Source: an uncultured Rhodospirillaceae bacterium
Lineage (GTDB): Bacteria > Pseudomonadota > Alphaproteobacteria > GCA-2731375
DNA: 64,000 bases
Direction of reading: 5' to 3'
Assembly (NCBI GenBank): GCA_964631725.1
Contig: CAZVYX010000003.1
Span: 19,209 to 83,208 of the forward strand
Numbering within the stretch: position 1 is the stretch's first letter; each line of letters begins with the position of its first letter. The position numbers were made by a program, and so were the translations under genes. The notes below the pieces were generated by a model, which ran no database searches, had not been told where the DNA came from, and was given only the letters and a program-made list of their open reading frames with translations. This document shows positions 34,301 to 42,440 of this stretch, piece by piece.

Positions 34301-34947
34301 GCGAATACGTTCTGTTGACGGTAAGCGACGATGGTTCCGGCATGCCGCAAGAGGTGTCGGAGAAGATTTTCGAGCCGTTCTTTACCACCAAGGACGTGGG
34401 CCAGGGCACGGGCCTGGGTCTGAGCATGGTTTTCGGTCTGGTCAAACAATCCTTTGGCCACATCAGCGTCGCAAGCGAGGTCGGCGTCGGCACCACCTTC
34501 AAGATCTTTCTGCCGCGGGCCAGGGAGGAAGCAGACCCCGATGAACCCGACAAGGCGACGGAGGCCCCGGAGGCACGGCCGGGCGAGGTCATCCTGGTCG
34601 TCGAGGATGACGAAGCCGTCAGGACCCTTGTCGTCACCTTGCTGGAGGACCTGGGCTACGATGTTGTTCAGGCCCGCGATGGGGCATCGGCGCAAACGCA
34701 GTGGCAGGGCGAAGGGCGAATTGATTTGATTCTCAGCGATGTTGTCCTACCGGGCGGGATGTCGGGACCCGATATCGCCTTCGCCGCCCGCCAACATCGC
34801 GCCGATCTGAAAGTATTGTACATGTCGGGTTATACCGACGATGCCGTCGTCCACCATGGCCAGTTGGATGCGGAAGTGGAACTCCTGCAAAAACCGTTTG
34901 CCAAGGCGGAACTGGCGCAAAGGCTACGGCTAATCCTGGATAGATAG
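31390..34947 (+). CDS. hybrid sensor histidine kinase / response regulator (GAF + multiple PAS + HisKA + HATPase + REC)
   Basis: 1185 aa; H-box VAHDFNNILAVIQGNHELI, G-box GTGLGLSMV, and a C-terminal receiver ILVVEDDEAVR...LILSDVVLPGGMSG. Confidence 0.85.
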   Translation: MGNVESGKAHDSGILRRQIECVGQLAASTVLVEQGLGAALQEITEAAARALNVDRISLWQHDALDGEATCLEAFDRRARRHEEGAVLQLAQHQAHLAELKRRHVLAVDDTSLDKQAAAIHRDVLDPMSIKAILLVSIRREGRFIGSLACSKLSGPHHWTAEEQAFAGVFAEFVSRSLETHERRNAETAFKDFADAASDWFWETDTEHRFTYVSDKFFKLTGETPDDVIGKTRSESQREIDDPVLANEFLRVLAAHETFRDVINARTFPDGKRQWYRISGVPVFDENDKFKGYRGVGTDVTEHIRMERALQEREANFSALVDAAPLPITVTVDGMHVYGNALAYGLLGVSQEEFDGMGAHQIYVNREDQKSIVAELEARGRIRNREVLLQRKDGVTFWTSLNANIADFQGKKAYITGFTDITERRTAQEELAKTASLLEAILDAVPGGLTYRDLDGRIQFMNKQGAAILDRPANEFIGKTLTEIFGDVDGITTETLVSRVIETGKPILNHENAPPRVSGRTFNFSVVPVQDQNDTMVGVVTSTDEITARKQADDQLRRSEARFRNVVENSIQGVCIEREDRILFANQALANIFGYETPEDIIALVSTEKLLPPEEAKRIRKFNELRSRGDFAPEHYRAQGQRRDGTVIWLDIMINTVDWDGEAAVQATVVDVTAEVEAATGREQLADALEHFPESVVLFDQDDRLIFQNAAYRQSYWQVRNFNPYGCTFEEILRKSAESGYVPEAEGRVEEWLQERLAAHREKISPVRVRRMGKEEIWQDIYDVTTQGGGSLMLLVDATKLHQQEDLLREAQKMETVGQLTGGVAHDFNNILAVIQGNHELIDNAIDPDSRLHRFLAPAARATTRGADLTHRLLAFVRRQPLKMRAADLADLIRNMDGMLKSSLGETISTSLICEPGLWHCNVDPTQLEQAILNLAVNARDAMPDGGKLTFQVCNSTIEAQMTARQLGITPGEYVLLTVSDDGSGMPQEVSEKIFEPFFTTKDVGQGTGLGLSMVFGLVKQSFGHISVASEVGVGTTFKIFLPRAREEADPDEPDKATEAPEARPGEVILVVEDDEAVRTLVVTLLEDLGYDVVQARDGASAQTQWQGEGRIDLILSDVVLPGGMSGPDIAFAARQHRADLKVLYMSGYTDDAVVHHGQLDAEVELLQKPFAKAELAQRLRLILDR

Positions 34948-34951
34948 GCGT

Positions 34952-36175
34952 CTACAGCGCCTCGCCCCGGATCAGTTTCGGCAAATCGCCCGTCATGGCG
35001 GCGGCGTGGCGTTCGAAAAACCGCTTGGCCGGACCGATCCTGTTGACCAAGCCCAGGCCCAGAACGCGGGCCAGCCGCACCGGTGTGATGTCATTCGAGA
35101 ACAGGCGCACCAGACCGTCAGTCATCATCAACATCGTCAGGGCGTCGAAGCGGCGCCATTGCTGATAGCGGCGCAAGGCTTCGCCGCCACCCAGATCAAG
35201 ACCCAGGCGCGCGCTGTCGACCAGCACCTCGGCCAGGGCGGCGACATCGCGCAAGCCCAGGTTCAGGCCCTGGCCCGCCACCGGGTGCATGCCATGGGCG
35301 GCATCGCCGATCAGGGCCAGCCGGGTATCGATGTAGCGTTCGGCGTTTTGCAGGCCCAGGGGGTAGCTCCAACGCGGCGCATCGCATTCGATGCGGCCCC
35401 AATGATTGCCGGCCCGCGCCATGATCTCGGCATTGAAGGCGTCATCATCCAAGGCCAGCAGGGCCGGCACATCCGCGCCTTTTTCGGTCCAGATCAGGGC
35501 CGAGCGGTTGCCCCGCATGGGCAGCAGCGCGAAAGGCCCGGCGGGCAGAAATAGCTCCGCCGCTATGCCGCCGTGGCCGCCCTCGTGGCGCACCGTGGTG
35601 ACGATGGCCGTCTGGTCATATTGCCACGACAGACAGCGGATACCGGCCGCGTCCCGCAGGGGCGACTGCCGCCCCTCGGCCCCGACCGCCAGGGCCGCCC
35701 GAATAGTCCGGCCATCGGCCAGTTCGGCCCGCACGCCGCCCTGGTTCCGCGCCAGGTCAAGCAGTTCGCCGGGCGCAATCAGGTCCATGCCCTTGGCCTC
35801 GGCCAGCGCTTCATGCAGGGCCAGACGAATATGGCGGTTTTCCACCGTGAAGCCGAAAGGACGGTCGCCGACCTCCCGATGATCAAAATGCAGAAACAGC
35901 GGCGCGCCGTTGTCGGCCACGCGGATCTCCGCGATCGGTTCGGCATGATCGGCCATATGTTGCCAGGCACCGATCTGCCCGAACAGGGCCGCCGAACCAT
36001 AGGACAGGGTGGAAACCCGGCCATCGTGTTCCGATGCCGTCAAAGCCGCCGCCGTCCGCCGCTCCACCACCACCGTGCGCAACCCGGCGCCCGCCAGCGC
36101 CAAAGCCTGGCTTAGCCCGATCATGCCGCCGCCAATGATCAGCACATCCGTTCGAATTTCTTTCTTCCCTGCCAT
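34952..36175 (-). CDS. FAD-dependent monooxygenase, UbiH/UbiF/VisC family
   Basis: DVLIIGGGMIGLSQALALAGAGLRTVVVE dinucleotide fold plus a GDAAH motif. Confidence 0.8.
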   Translation of the reverse strand: MAGKKEIRTDVLIIGGGMIGLSQALALAGAGLRTVVVERRTAAALTASEHDGRVSTLSYGSAALFGQIGAWQHMADHAEPIAEIRVADNGAPLFLHFDHREVGDRPFGFTVENRHIRLALHEALAEAKGMDLIAPGELLDLARNQGGVRAELADGRTIRAALAVGAEGRQSPLRDAAGIRCLSWQYDQTAIVTTVRHEGGHGGIAAELFLPAGPFALLPMRGNRSALIWTEKGADVPALLALDDDAFNAEIMARAGNHWGRIECDAPRWSYPLGLQNAERYIDTRLALIGDAAHGMHPVAGQGLNLGLRDVAALAEVLVDSARLGLDLGGGEALRRYQQWRRFDALTMLMMTDGLVRLFSNDITPVRLARVLGLGLVNRIGPAKRFFERHAAAMTGDLPKLIRGEAL

Positions 36176-36239
36176 GGCACAACATATCGCCCTAGTTCAG
36201 GCCGTTGTCCAGCGCCCATTCCCGGGATAATCTTGGATT

Positions 36240-37596
36240 ATGAATGATACAGCATGGCACGAGATGACGGCCCTGGCACTAGGTACCGCCATCGAAAACG
36301 GTCAGATCGATCCCGTCGATCTGACGGAGCATTTCCTCGCCCGCATTGAGGGTGAGGACCCCGATCATCGGATTTATATCCGGGCCACGGCATCACGGGC
36401 GCGCGGAAGCCGCCGCCGCCGCGCAACGGGCCAAGGCCGGCCTGCGGCAGGGCGCCCTGGACGGGGTGCCCATGTCCTGGAAGGACTTGACCGACACAGC
36501 CGGCACCGAAACCACGTTTGGCTCGGCCCTGCTGCGCGACCGGATACCCACGCGCGATGCCTTGCTGCTGCGCCGCGCCACCCTGGCCGGCATGGTCTGC
36601 CTGGGCAAAACCACCCTGTCGGAATTCGCCTATTCAGGCCTGGGCATCAATCCGGTCTTTGGCACCCCGGCCAATGGCGCCGATGGAGAGGTTGAGCGGG
36701 TGCCGGGCGGTTCCTCCTCCGGCGCCGCCGTCTCGGTTACCAACGGCCTGGCACCGGCCGGCATCGGCAGCGATACCGGTGGCTCGGTCCGCATCCCCGC
36801 CGCCCTGAACGGCATCGTCGGGCTGAAGACGACCATCGGCGTCCTTCCCCTGGACGGGATTCTGGCGCTGTCGCCGACCTTCGACACGATCGGGCCATTG
36901 ACCCGCGATGTGGCCGACGCCAACGCGATTTTCGCCATGCTGAACCAATCCCGCCCCTACGACCTCGGCGGCGTATCGCTGCGCGGCGTCAGGCTATTGA
37001 AGCCAACGGACATCATGTTCGACGAACTGGACGACACGGTGGCCGGCGCCATGACTGCCGCCCTGGACAGCCTTGCCAACGCCGGCGCCGAGATTGTCGA
37101 GGCGGAGGTGCCGGAGTTCGCCGAGGCGTTTGAATTGGTCGCCAAACACGGCAATATCATCTCGGCGGAAGTTAATGCCCTATGGCACGATGAAGTGGAA
37201 AGCCGGGGGGATGAGATGTATTGGGGCGTCCGCTCCCGCTTTGAACAGGCCGAGAAACTAACAGCCATCGATGCGGAATCGGCCCATATCGGCCTCAAGG
37301 CGATTGCCGCGCGGTTCCGGGCCCGCGTGGCCGGCTTCGCGGCGGTTGTGCATCCGACCTGCCCGCGCATTGCCCCGCCCATCGCCGAGCTGGAGCATGA
37401 CCCGGAAGCCTATGACGAAGCCAATATGGCCATGACCCGAAACACCCGCCTGGGCAATATCATGGAGACCTGTGGCGTCACCCTGCCCTGCCAACGCCCT
37501 GGCGAATTGCCGGTTGGGTTGTCCCTGATGGCGGCCGGCCACAATGAAGGCCGGGTCCTGCGCCTGGCCAAGGCGGCGGAGGCGGCCCTTGCCTGA
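36240..37596 (+). pseudogene. amidase-signature family enzyme with a frameshift near 36390-36410
   Basis: The N-terminus MNDTAWHEMTALALGTAIENGQIDPVDLTEHFLARIEGEDPDHRIYIRATA sits in one frame. The rest (RAEAAAAAQRAKAGLRQGALDGVPMSWKDL ... GGSSSGAAV signature) sits in the +1 frame. The switch lies within the GC-repeat acggcatcacgggcgcgcggaagccgccgccgcc. Confidence 0.65.
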
Positions 37597-38752
37597 ACCA
37601 TCCGACCCACTGCTGTTCACGCCGCTAAGCTTGCGCGATGTCACGCTGAAGAACCGCATCGTCATCTCGCCCATGCAGCAGTACGCCGCCGGCGCCGACG
37701 GCATGCCGGCCGACCATCATTTCGTGCATTATGGCCGCCTGGCCATGGGCGGCGCCGGTCTGGTGTTTACCGAGGCGCTGTGCATCGCACCCGAAGCCCG
37801 CCTGACCTATAGCGACCTGGGCGTCTGGCGCGATGATTTCGTCACGCCGTTGAAGCGCCTGGCCGACAATATGCGCGACTTGGGCGCCGTGCCGGGGGCG
37901 CAAATCCTGCATGCCGGCCGCAAGGCATCGGTGCAGCGTCCATGGCAGGGCTATATGCCCCTGAGCGAGGAAGACCGAGATGCCAGGGGCGAGGCGCCCT
38001 GGCAAACGGTCGGCCCTTCGCCCCTGCCGGCGAACCCAGGCTGGCCGGCGCCGCATGCCTTGACAGAGGCCGAAATCGCCGATGTCGTGGCGGCCCATGG
38101 CGCGGCGGCCAGGCGCTGCCATGAGGCCGGTTTCGAGGTTCTGGATATCCATGCCGCCCACGGCTATCTGATCCATACCTTCCTCTCGCCCATCAGCAAT
38201 CAACGCAATGACGCCTATGGCGGTGACTTGGCCGGGCGCATGCGCCTGGCGCTGGAGGTAGCGGCGGCGGTCCGTGCGGAATGGCCCGAGGGAAAACCGC
38301 TGTTTTGCCGCCTGTCCTGCATTGATGACGAGCCGGACGGCTGGACGTTGGAAGATTCCGTAGTTTTGGCCCGGGAGCTAGGCCGCCTGGGCGTCGACGT
38401 CATCGATTGTTCCTCCCGCGGCCTGGGCCAGCGCGGCACCCCCGTGGTGGCGCCACGGGAGCAGGGCTTTCAGGTGCCGTTCGCGGCGCAGATCCGCCGG
38501 GATACGGCGCTGAAAACCATGACCGTCGGCATGATCATGGAGCCGGAATTCGCCGAAAGTGTGTTGCAGGAGCGGCGCGCCGACCTGATCGCCATCGGGC
38601 GCGAGGCCCTGTTCAATCCGCAATGGCCACTACAGGCCAGCGTCGCGCTGATGGGCGATGCCGCCTACGAACGTTTCTGGCAGCCGCGCGATGCCTGGTG
38701 GCTGGAAAAACGCGCCCGCTCTCTCGCCGCGGCGGCCACGGCACCCGATTAG
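37589..38752 (+). CDS. NADH:flavin oxidoreductase, Old Yellow Enzyme family
   Basis: (M)PEPSDPLLFTPLSLRDVTLKNRIVISPMQQY ... HAAHGYLIHTFLSP. A probable TTG start at 37589 overlaps the amidase TGA by 8 nt. Confidence 0.7.
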   Translation: MPEPSDPLLFTPLSLRDVTLKNRIVISPMQQYAAGADGMPADHHFVHYGRLAMGGAGLVFTEALCIAPEARLTYSDLGVWRDDFVTPLKRLADNMRDLGAVPGAQILHAGRKASVQRPWQGYMPLSEEDRDARGEAPWQTVGPSPLPANPGWPAPHALTEAEIADVVAAHGAAARRCHEAGFEVLDIHAAHGYLIHTFLSPISNQRNDAYGGDLAGRMRLALEVAAAVRAEWPEGKPLFCRLSCIDDEPDGWTLEDSVVLARELGRLGVDVIDCSSRGLGQRGTPVVAPREQGFQVPFAAQIRRDTALKTMTVGMIMEPEFAESVLQERRADLIAIGREALFNPQWPLQASVALMGDAAYERFWQPRDAWWLEKRARSLAAAATAPD

Positions 38753-39036
38753 AGATGACGCGATGCGTCTTGACGGGAATGCAGCACGCGGACGATCAGA
38801 ATGCCCCGATCCCGCAAGACATAATAGATCGAATGGCTTTTATGGCCGAAGCAGCGCAGGCCGGGACGGATGTGGTCATAAGCACGGCCCATGCCCGGAC
38901 TATCGCCGATCGCTAGAAGGTAATCTTCGATGCCCTTACCATAGGATTTAGCCTGCCGAGCCCCAAAGGTCCGTACTGTGTATCGCGCAATGGCCCGTAA
39001 GTCCGCTGATACCGCTTTCGACAGAGAATAGGGCAA
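38749..39036 (-). CDS. parE: type II toxin, ParE/RelE family
   Basis: (M)PYSLSKAVSADLRAIARYTVRTFGARQA...ILIVRVLHSRQD fits the ParE pattern. A TTG start at 39034-39036 lies 10 nt after the antitoxin stop. Confidence 0.6.
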   Translation of the reverse strand: MPYSLSKAVSADLRAIARYTVRTFGARQAKSYGKGIEDYLLAIGDSPGMGRAYDHIRPGLRCFGHKSHSIYYVLRDRGILIVRVLHSRQDASRHL

Positions 39037-39046
39037 AGCGTCAGGC

Positions 39047-39280
39047 CTAACCTTCGGCAATTGCCTCCGCCCAAATGCCTTCAACAGTGTCGTCGCTCAC
39101 CCCACTTCTCAGGCCTTCATCGATCAGCGCGCGCAATTCCTTGTCAGCCTTTTGCCGGGCATAGTCCTGGCGCACAAGATGGCGAAAATATTCACTGACC
39201 GTATCAAATTTTCGCTCGTTCATGGCCCCTTGAACATAGGAGCCGAGATCGTCGGACATCGTGATCGAAAATTTCGTCAT
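39047..39280 (-). CDS. parD: type II antitoxin, ParD/RHH-like
   Basis: 77 aa, MTKFSITMSDDLGSYVQGAMNERKFDTVSEYFRHLVRQDYARQ, immediately upstream of parE. Confidence 0.65.
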   Translation of the reverse strand: MTKFSITMSDDLGSYVQGAMNERKFDTVSEYFRHLVRQDYARQKADKELRALIDEGLRSGVSDDTVEGIWAEAIAEG

Positions 39281-39396
39281 TGCTTGGTAACTCCGTTATC
39301 GCGAGTCATTCTAGCATATAATCGGATAATATCGCACAAAATCGGATCCAATATGAACCATTCTTGAATTGCCTTGGTAACGCCGGGTAATCGTTC

Positions 39397-40536
39397 CTAT
39401 GCTGGCGCGAAGATGTCATCCTCCTGCGGGCCTTTCAAATCAGGCAGTTCGACGGGCCCCTTGAAGGCGGCGTCGTGCTGCAGGGTCGGCATGACCTCCG
39501 TTGCGAACAGGCGCATATTCAACTCGCCCATCTCGTGCGGCATGCCGCCGTAGGAGAAATCGCAGACGATGTGATCGGTGCCGGTCAGGCGCTGCAATTC
39601 GGCGATTTTCTGGATGCAGTCATCCGGCGTACCGACGATCTGGATGCCCACATAGAATTCGGTCATCTTCCTGCGGGATTCCTCCTCCTTCAGTTTGGAG
39701 TAGGTCTTGGCCATCTTGCCGTAGGATTCGTAACCCTTCTGCGTCGCCAGATGGCCGTCCGAGAACTTGTAGTGGGCATCGATGGAATCCCACTTGGCGC
39801 CCAGATATTGCATGGCGCGCTCGTTCGCTTCCTCCCGGCTTTCCGCGACTGAAACGTTGGTCAGGATCAACGGCGGCTTCGGCGTGTGGCCGACGGACAT
39901 GGCGATCTCGCGGAAGCTCTGAATATCCGTTGCCGCCTTGACCCATTCGTTCTGCATGATGACCATCATGCCGAAGCCCAATTTGGCCATGATTTCGGCT
40001 GATTCCGGACTAACGGAAGAGGCATAGAAACGCCGTTCGGGATGCGACATGGGCCTGGGTCGGATCGACATTTCCGGGATCTGGAAAAATTCGCCATCCC
40101 AATCAAAAACCTCATCGCGCAGGGCCTTGGTGATCAGTTGCGCCGATTCAGCGAAGCGCGGCCGCGCTTCCTCCATGGGAATGCGGAAGCCGGCATATTC
40201 CACCGACGCCGCGCCCCGGCCAAAACCAAACATGCAACGTCCGCCGCAGAGCAGATCCAGATAGGCAATCTGTTCCGCCACCCGGATCGGGTCCTGCCAG
40301 GGCAGCACGATGACACAGGTGCCGAGCGTAATGCGCTTGGTCCGGCCCGCGAAATAGGTCAGCAATTGCAGCGGTGCCGGCGACATGGAATAGCCCGTGA
40401 AGTGATGCTCCAGGCCGAACAGGCTGTCGAAACCCAAAGGCTCCGCCAGATCACCCAACGCCAGATGTTCCGCCAATACAGCCGCATCAGAACGCCCGGC
40501 CTCCGCCAAAACGCTCAGATCTGTACCGATTTTCAT
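39397..40536 (-). CDS. LLM-class flavin-dependent oxidoreductase
   Basis: MKIGTDLSVLAEAG...GFDSLFGLEHHFTGYSMS, the luciferase-like monooxygenase pattern. Confidence 0.7.
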   Translation of the reverse strand: MKIGTDLSVLAEAGRSDAAVLAEHLALGDLAEPLGFDSLFGLEHHFTGYSMSPAPLQLLTYFAGRTKRITLGTCVIVLPWQDPIRVAEQIAYLDLLCGGRCMFGFGRGAASVEYAGFRIPMEEARPRFAESAQLITKALRDEVFDWDGEFFQIPEMSIRPRPMSHPERRFYASSVSPESAEIMAKLGFGMMVIMQNEWVKAATDIQSFREIAMSVGHTPKPPLILTNVSVAESREEANERAMQYLGAKWDSIDAHYKFSDGHLATQKGYESYGKMAKTYSKLKEEESRRKMTEFYVGIQIVGTPDDCIQKIAELQRLTGTDHIVCDFSYGGMPHEMGELNMRLFATEVMPTLQHDAAFKGPVELPDLKGPQEDDIFAPA

Positions 40537-40575
40537 GGTTTTCCCCCACGCCAAAAAATAATACAGAGGCGCCGT

Positions 40576-40992
40576 CTAATCGATCGCGGCGCCTTTCAAT
40601 TCGACAACGTTACCATCAGGATCGGAAACGTAAAGGGACGGCCCCTCCCCCTCGGCGCCAAAGCGTTGCGCGATTTCGCTTGGCGCCAGGCCATGGCCGC
40701 GCAAATACGCCACCAGTGCGGCGCCATCAAAGGGCTCGATACGCAGGCAGAAATGATCCATGTTCGGGCCCTCGGAACGCGGCGCGCCGTGTTTTTGCCC
40801 CAACTGGCCATCAAGCGTAACCAGATCGATTTGACAACTGCCCGCCCGCAAATGATACAGCCCCAAATCATCCCGCCGCCGATCCATATGGCAGCCCAAA
40901 ACATCGCAATAGAACGCCAGGGAACGCTCCAAGTCGGCGATCCGCAGGACCACATGATCCAAACCCAAAGGCGAAATCCGCATTTCCATCTC
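40576..40992 (-). CDS. VOC/glyoxalase family protein
   Basis: MEMRISPLGLDHVVLRIADLERSLAFYCDVLG. The exact start is uncertain (40992 or 40986). Confidence 0.6.
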   Translation of the reverse strand, partial: EMEMRISPLGLDHVVLRIADLERSLAFYCDVLGCHMDRRRDDLGLYHLRAGSCQIDLVTLDGQLGQKHGAPRSEGPNMDHFCLRIEPFDGAALVAYLRGHGLAPSEIAQRFGAEGEGPSLYVSDPDGNVVELKGAAID

Positions 40993-41096
40993 CCATCCGA
41001 ACCAAAACGACCTTCCGGCCAGTACACGCAATCACTGATTATTAACGTCTGCACGGTATAAGCAAACCATATAAGGCTGCGAGGGGGTTTGGGGGC

Positions 41097-41690
41097 ATGC
41101 AATTACTTGATGATATTCAAACCAAGGAATGCCTGATTTTCGCCAATACTTGGCAGATTTGGCGGGGTACAAAGCTGGTCCCGCACCGCGCCGATGTGCG
41201 GATCGAGGATATCAGCAACCTGTTGCATCTGATTTCGGTCATCGAAATAAAGGGGCCGGAAACGGCCAAGTTCCGCCTCGCGGGCACGGCCCTGTGCGAA
41301 GCCATGGGCATTGAGCTAACCGGCCTCAACTTCTATGACTTCACGACGCCGGAAGAACGTGGCCCCCGCATTGCGCGCACCCAAAAGGTCGTCGAGCAGC
41401 CTTGCGGTTCGCATTTTGTTTTTCCCATCGCCTATAGATCCGGGCGAACGGTGCAATCAGAGGTCTTGTCCTTTCCCGTGTGGCCAGACGACCCGGCCGC
41501 GCCACCGCAAATCTTTGCCATGTCCATGGCGCTGGAAGAAACAGGCATGGAAGGGCCCATGGCGGAGCCAAACCGGCTGCCCCTGGTGGATGGCTTTCAG
41601 TTCGTTGATATCGGCGCCGGGGTCCCCGATCCAGGCCTGGACCTGGCGGGGCGGCCGTCAGCATCCTTTGTCTTGCAAAAAGCCAGTTAA
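41097..41690 (+). CDS. small conserved PAS-like protein (PAS_5/DUF1457-like), paralog A
   Basis: 197 aa, MQLLDDIQTKECLIFANTWQIWRG...FRLAGTALCEAMGIELTGLNFYDF, with GAGGGGG RBS. Confidence 0.6.
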   Translation: MQLLDDIQTKECLIFANTWQIWRGTKLVPHRADVRIEDISNLLHLISVIEIKGPETAKFRLAGTALCEAMGIELTGLNFYDFTTPEERGPRIARTQKVVEQPCGSHFVFPIAYRSGRTVQSEVLSFPVWPDDPAAPPQIFAMSMALEETGMEGPMAEPNRLPLVDGFQFVDIGAGVPDPGLDLAGRPSASFVLQKAS

Positions 41691-41836
41691 ATTGCCCCAA
41701 ATTGCGCCCGGCGCCGGATAGGCCGGACGGACTCAATCATTTTCCCGCGGCGTATTATGACAATTGAAACCATTGGGCAGCTAAGATCGCGGAGCATTGG
41801 GGAAAATCTAACCACATGGCACAAGGACGGTAATTC

Positions 41837-42418
41837 GTGCAGTTGTTGGACGACATTCAAACAAGGGAATGCCGGGCCTTCGCCAAGGCCTGGCAAAACT
41901 GGCGCGGCGGCGAAACAGTGCCGCGCCGCGCCGACGTGCGCCTTGAGGACATCGGCAGACTGCTCCAACTGGTATCCGTAATCGAAGTCGTATCACAGGA
42001 ATTGGCCAGATTTCGCATCGCGGGCACCGCCCTATGCGAGGCTTTGGGTTTTGAGCTGACCGGCCTCAATTTCTTTGACTTCGCCACGCCGGAGGCGCGC
42101 GCGCCAGGTATTGCCCGCACACACCAAGTGGCCGGGCAGCCCTGTGGCTCGCATTATCTTCTTTCCATCACTTACAGTTCCGGACGCACCGTACCGACGG
42201 AGATTGTATCCTTTCCCGTCTGGCCTGATGATCCCTCGGCGCCGCCCCAGATCTTCGGTCTTTCCATGGCATTGGAGGAAATGCGTCTGGAGGGGCCGGC
42301 ATCGGAGAGTAATCAGCTATTCCGGGGCGAAGGATTCCGGTTCATCGACATCGGCGCCGGCGTGCCGGACCCCGCCCTGAAGCTGGCGGAACGGCCGCCG
42401 GCATCTCTCTTGCCGTAA
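41837..42418 (+). CDS. small conserved PAS-like protein (PAS_5/DUF1457-like), paralog B
   Basis: 193 aa with a GTG start, MQLLDDIQTRECRAFAKAWQNWRGG...FRIAGTALCEALGFELTGLNFFDF. It is collinear with paralog A, and roughly two-thirds of residues are identical by eye. Confidence 0.6.
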   Translation: MQLLDDIQTRECRAFAKAWQNWRGGETVPRRADVRLEDIGRLLQLVSVIEVVSQELARFRIAGTALCEALGFELTGLNFFDFATPEARAPGIARTHQVAGQPCGSHYLLSITYSSGRTVPTEIVSFPVWPDDPSAPPQIFGLSMALEEMRLEGPASESNQLFRGEGFRFIDIGAGVPDPALKLAERPPASLLP

Positions 42419-42440
42419 AGCTTTAGCGAACGCACCGGCC

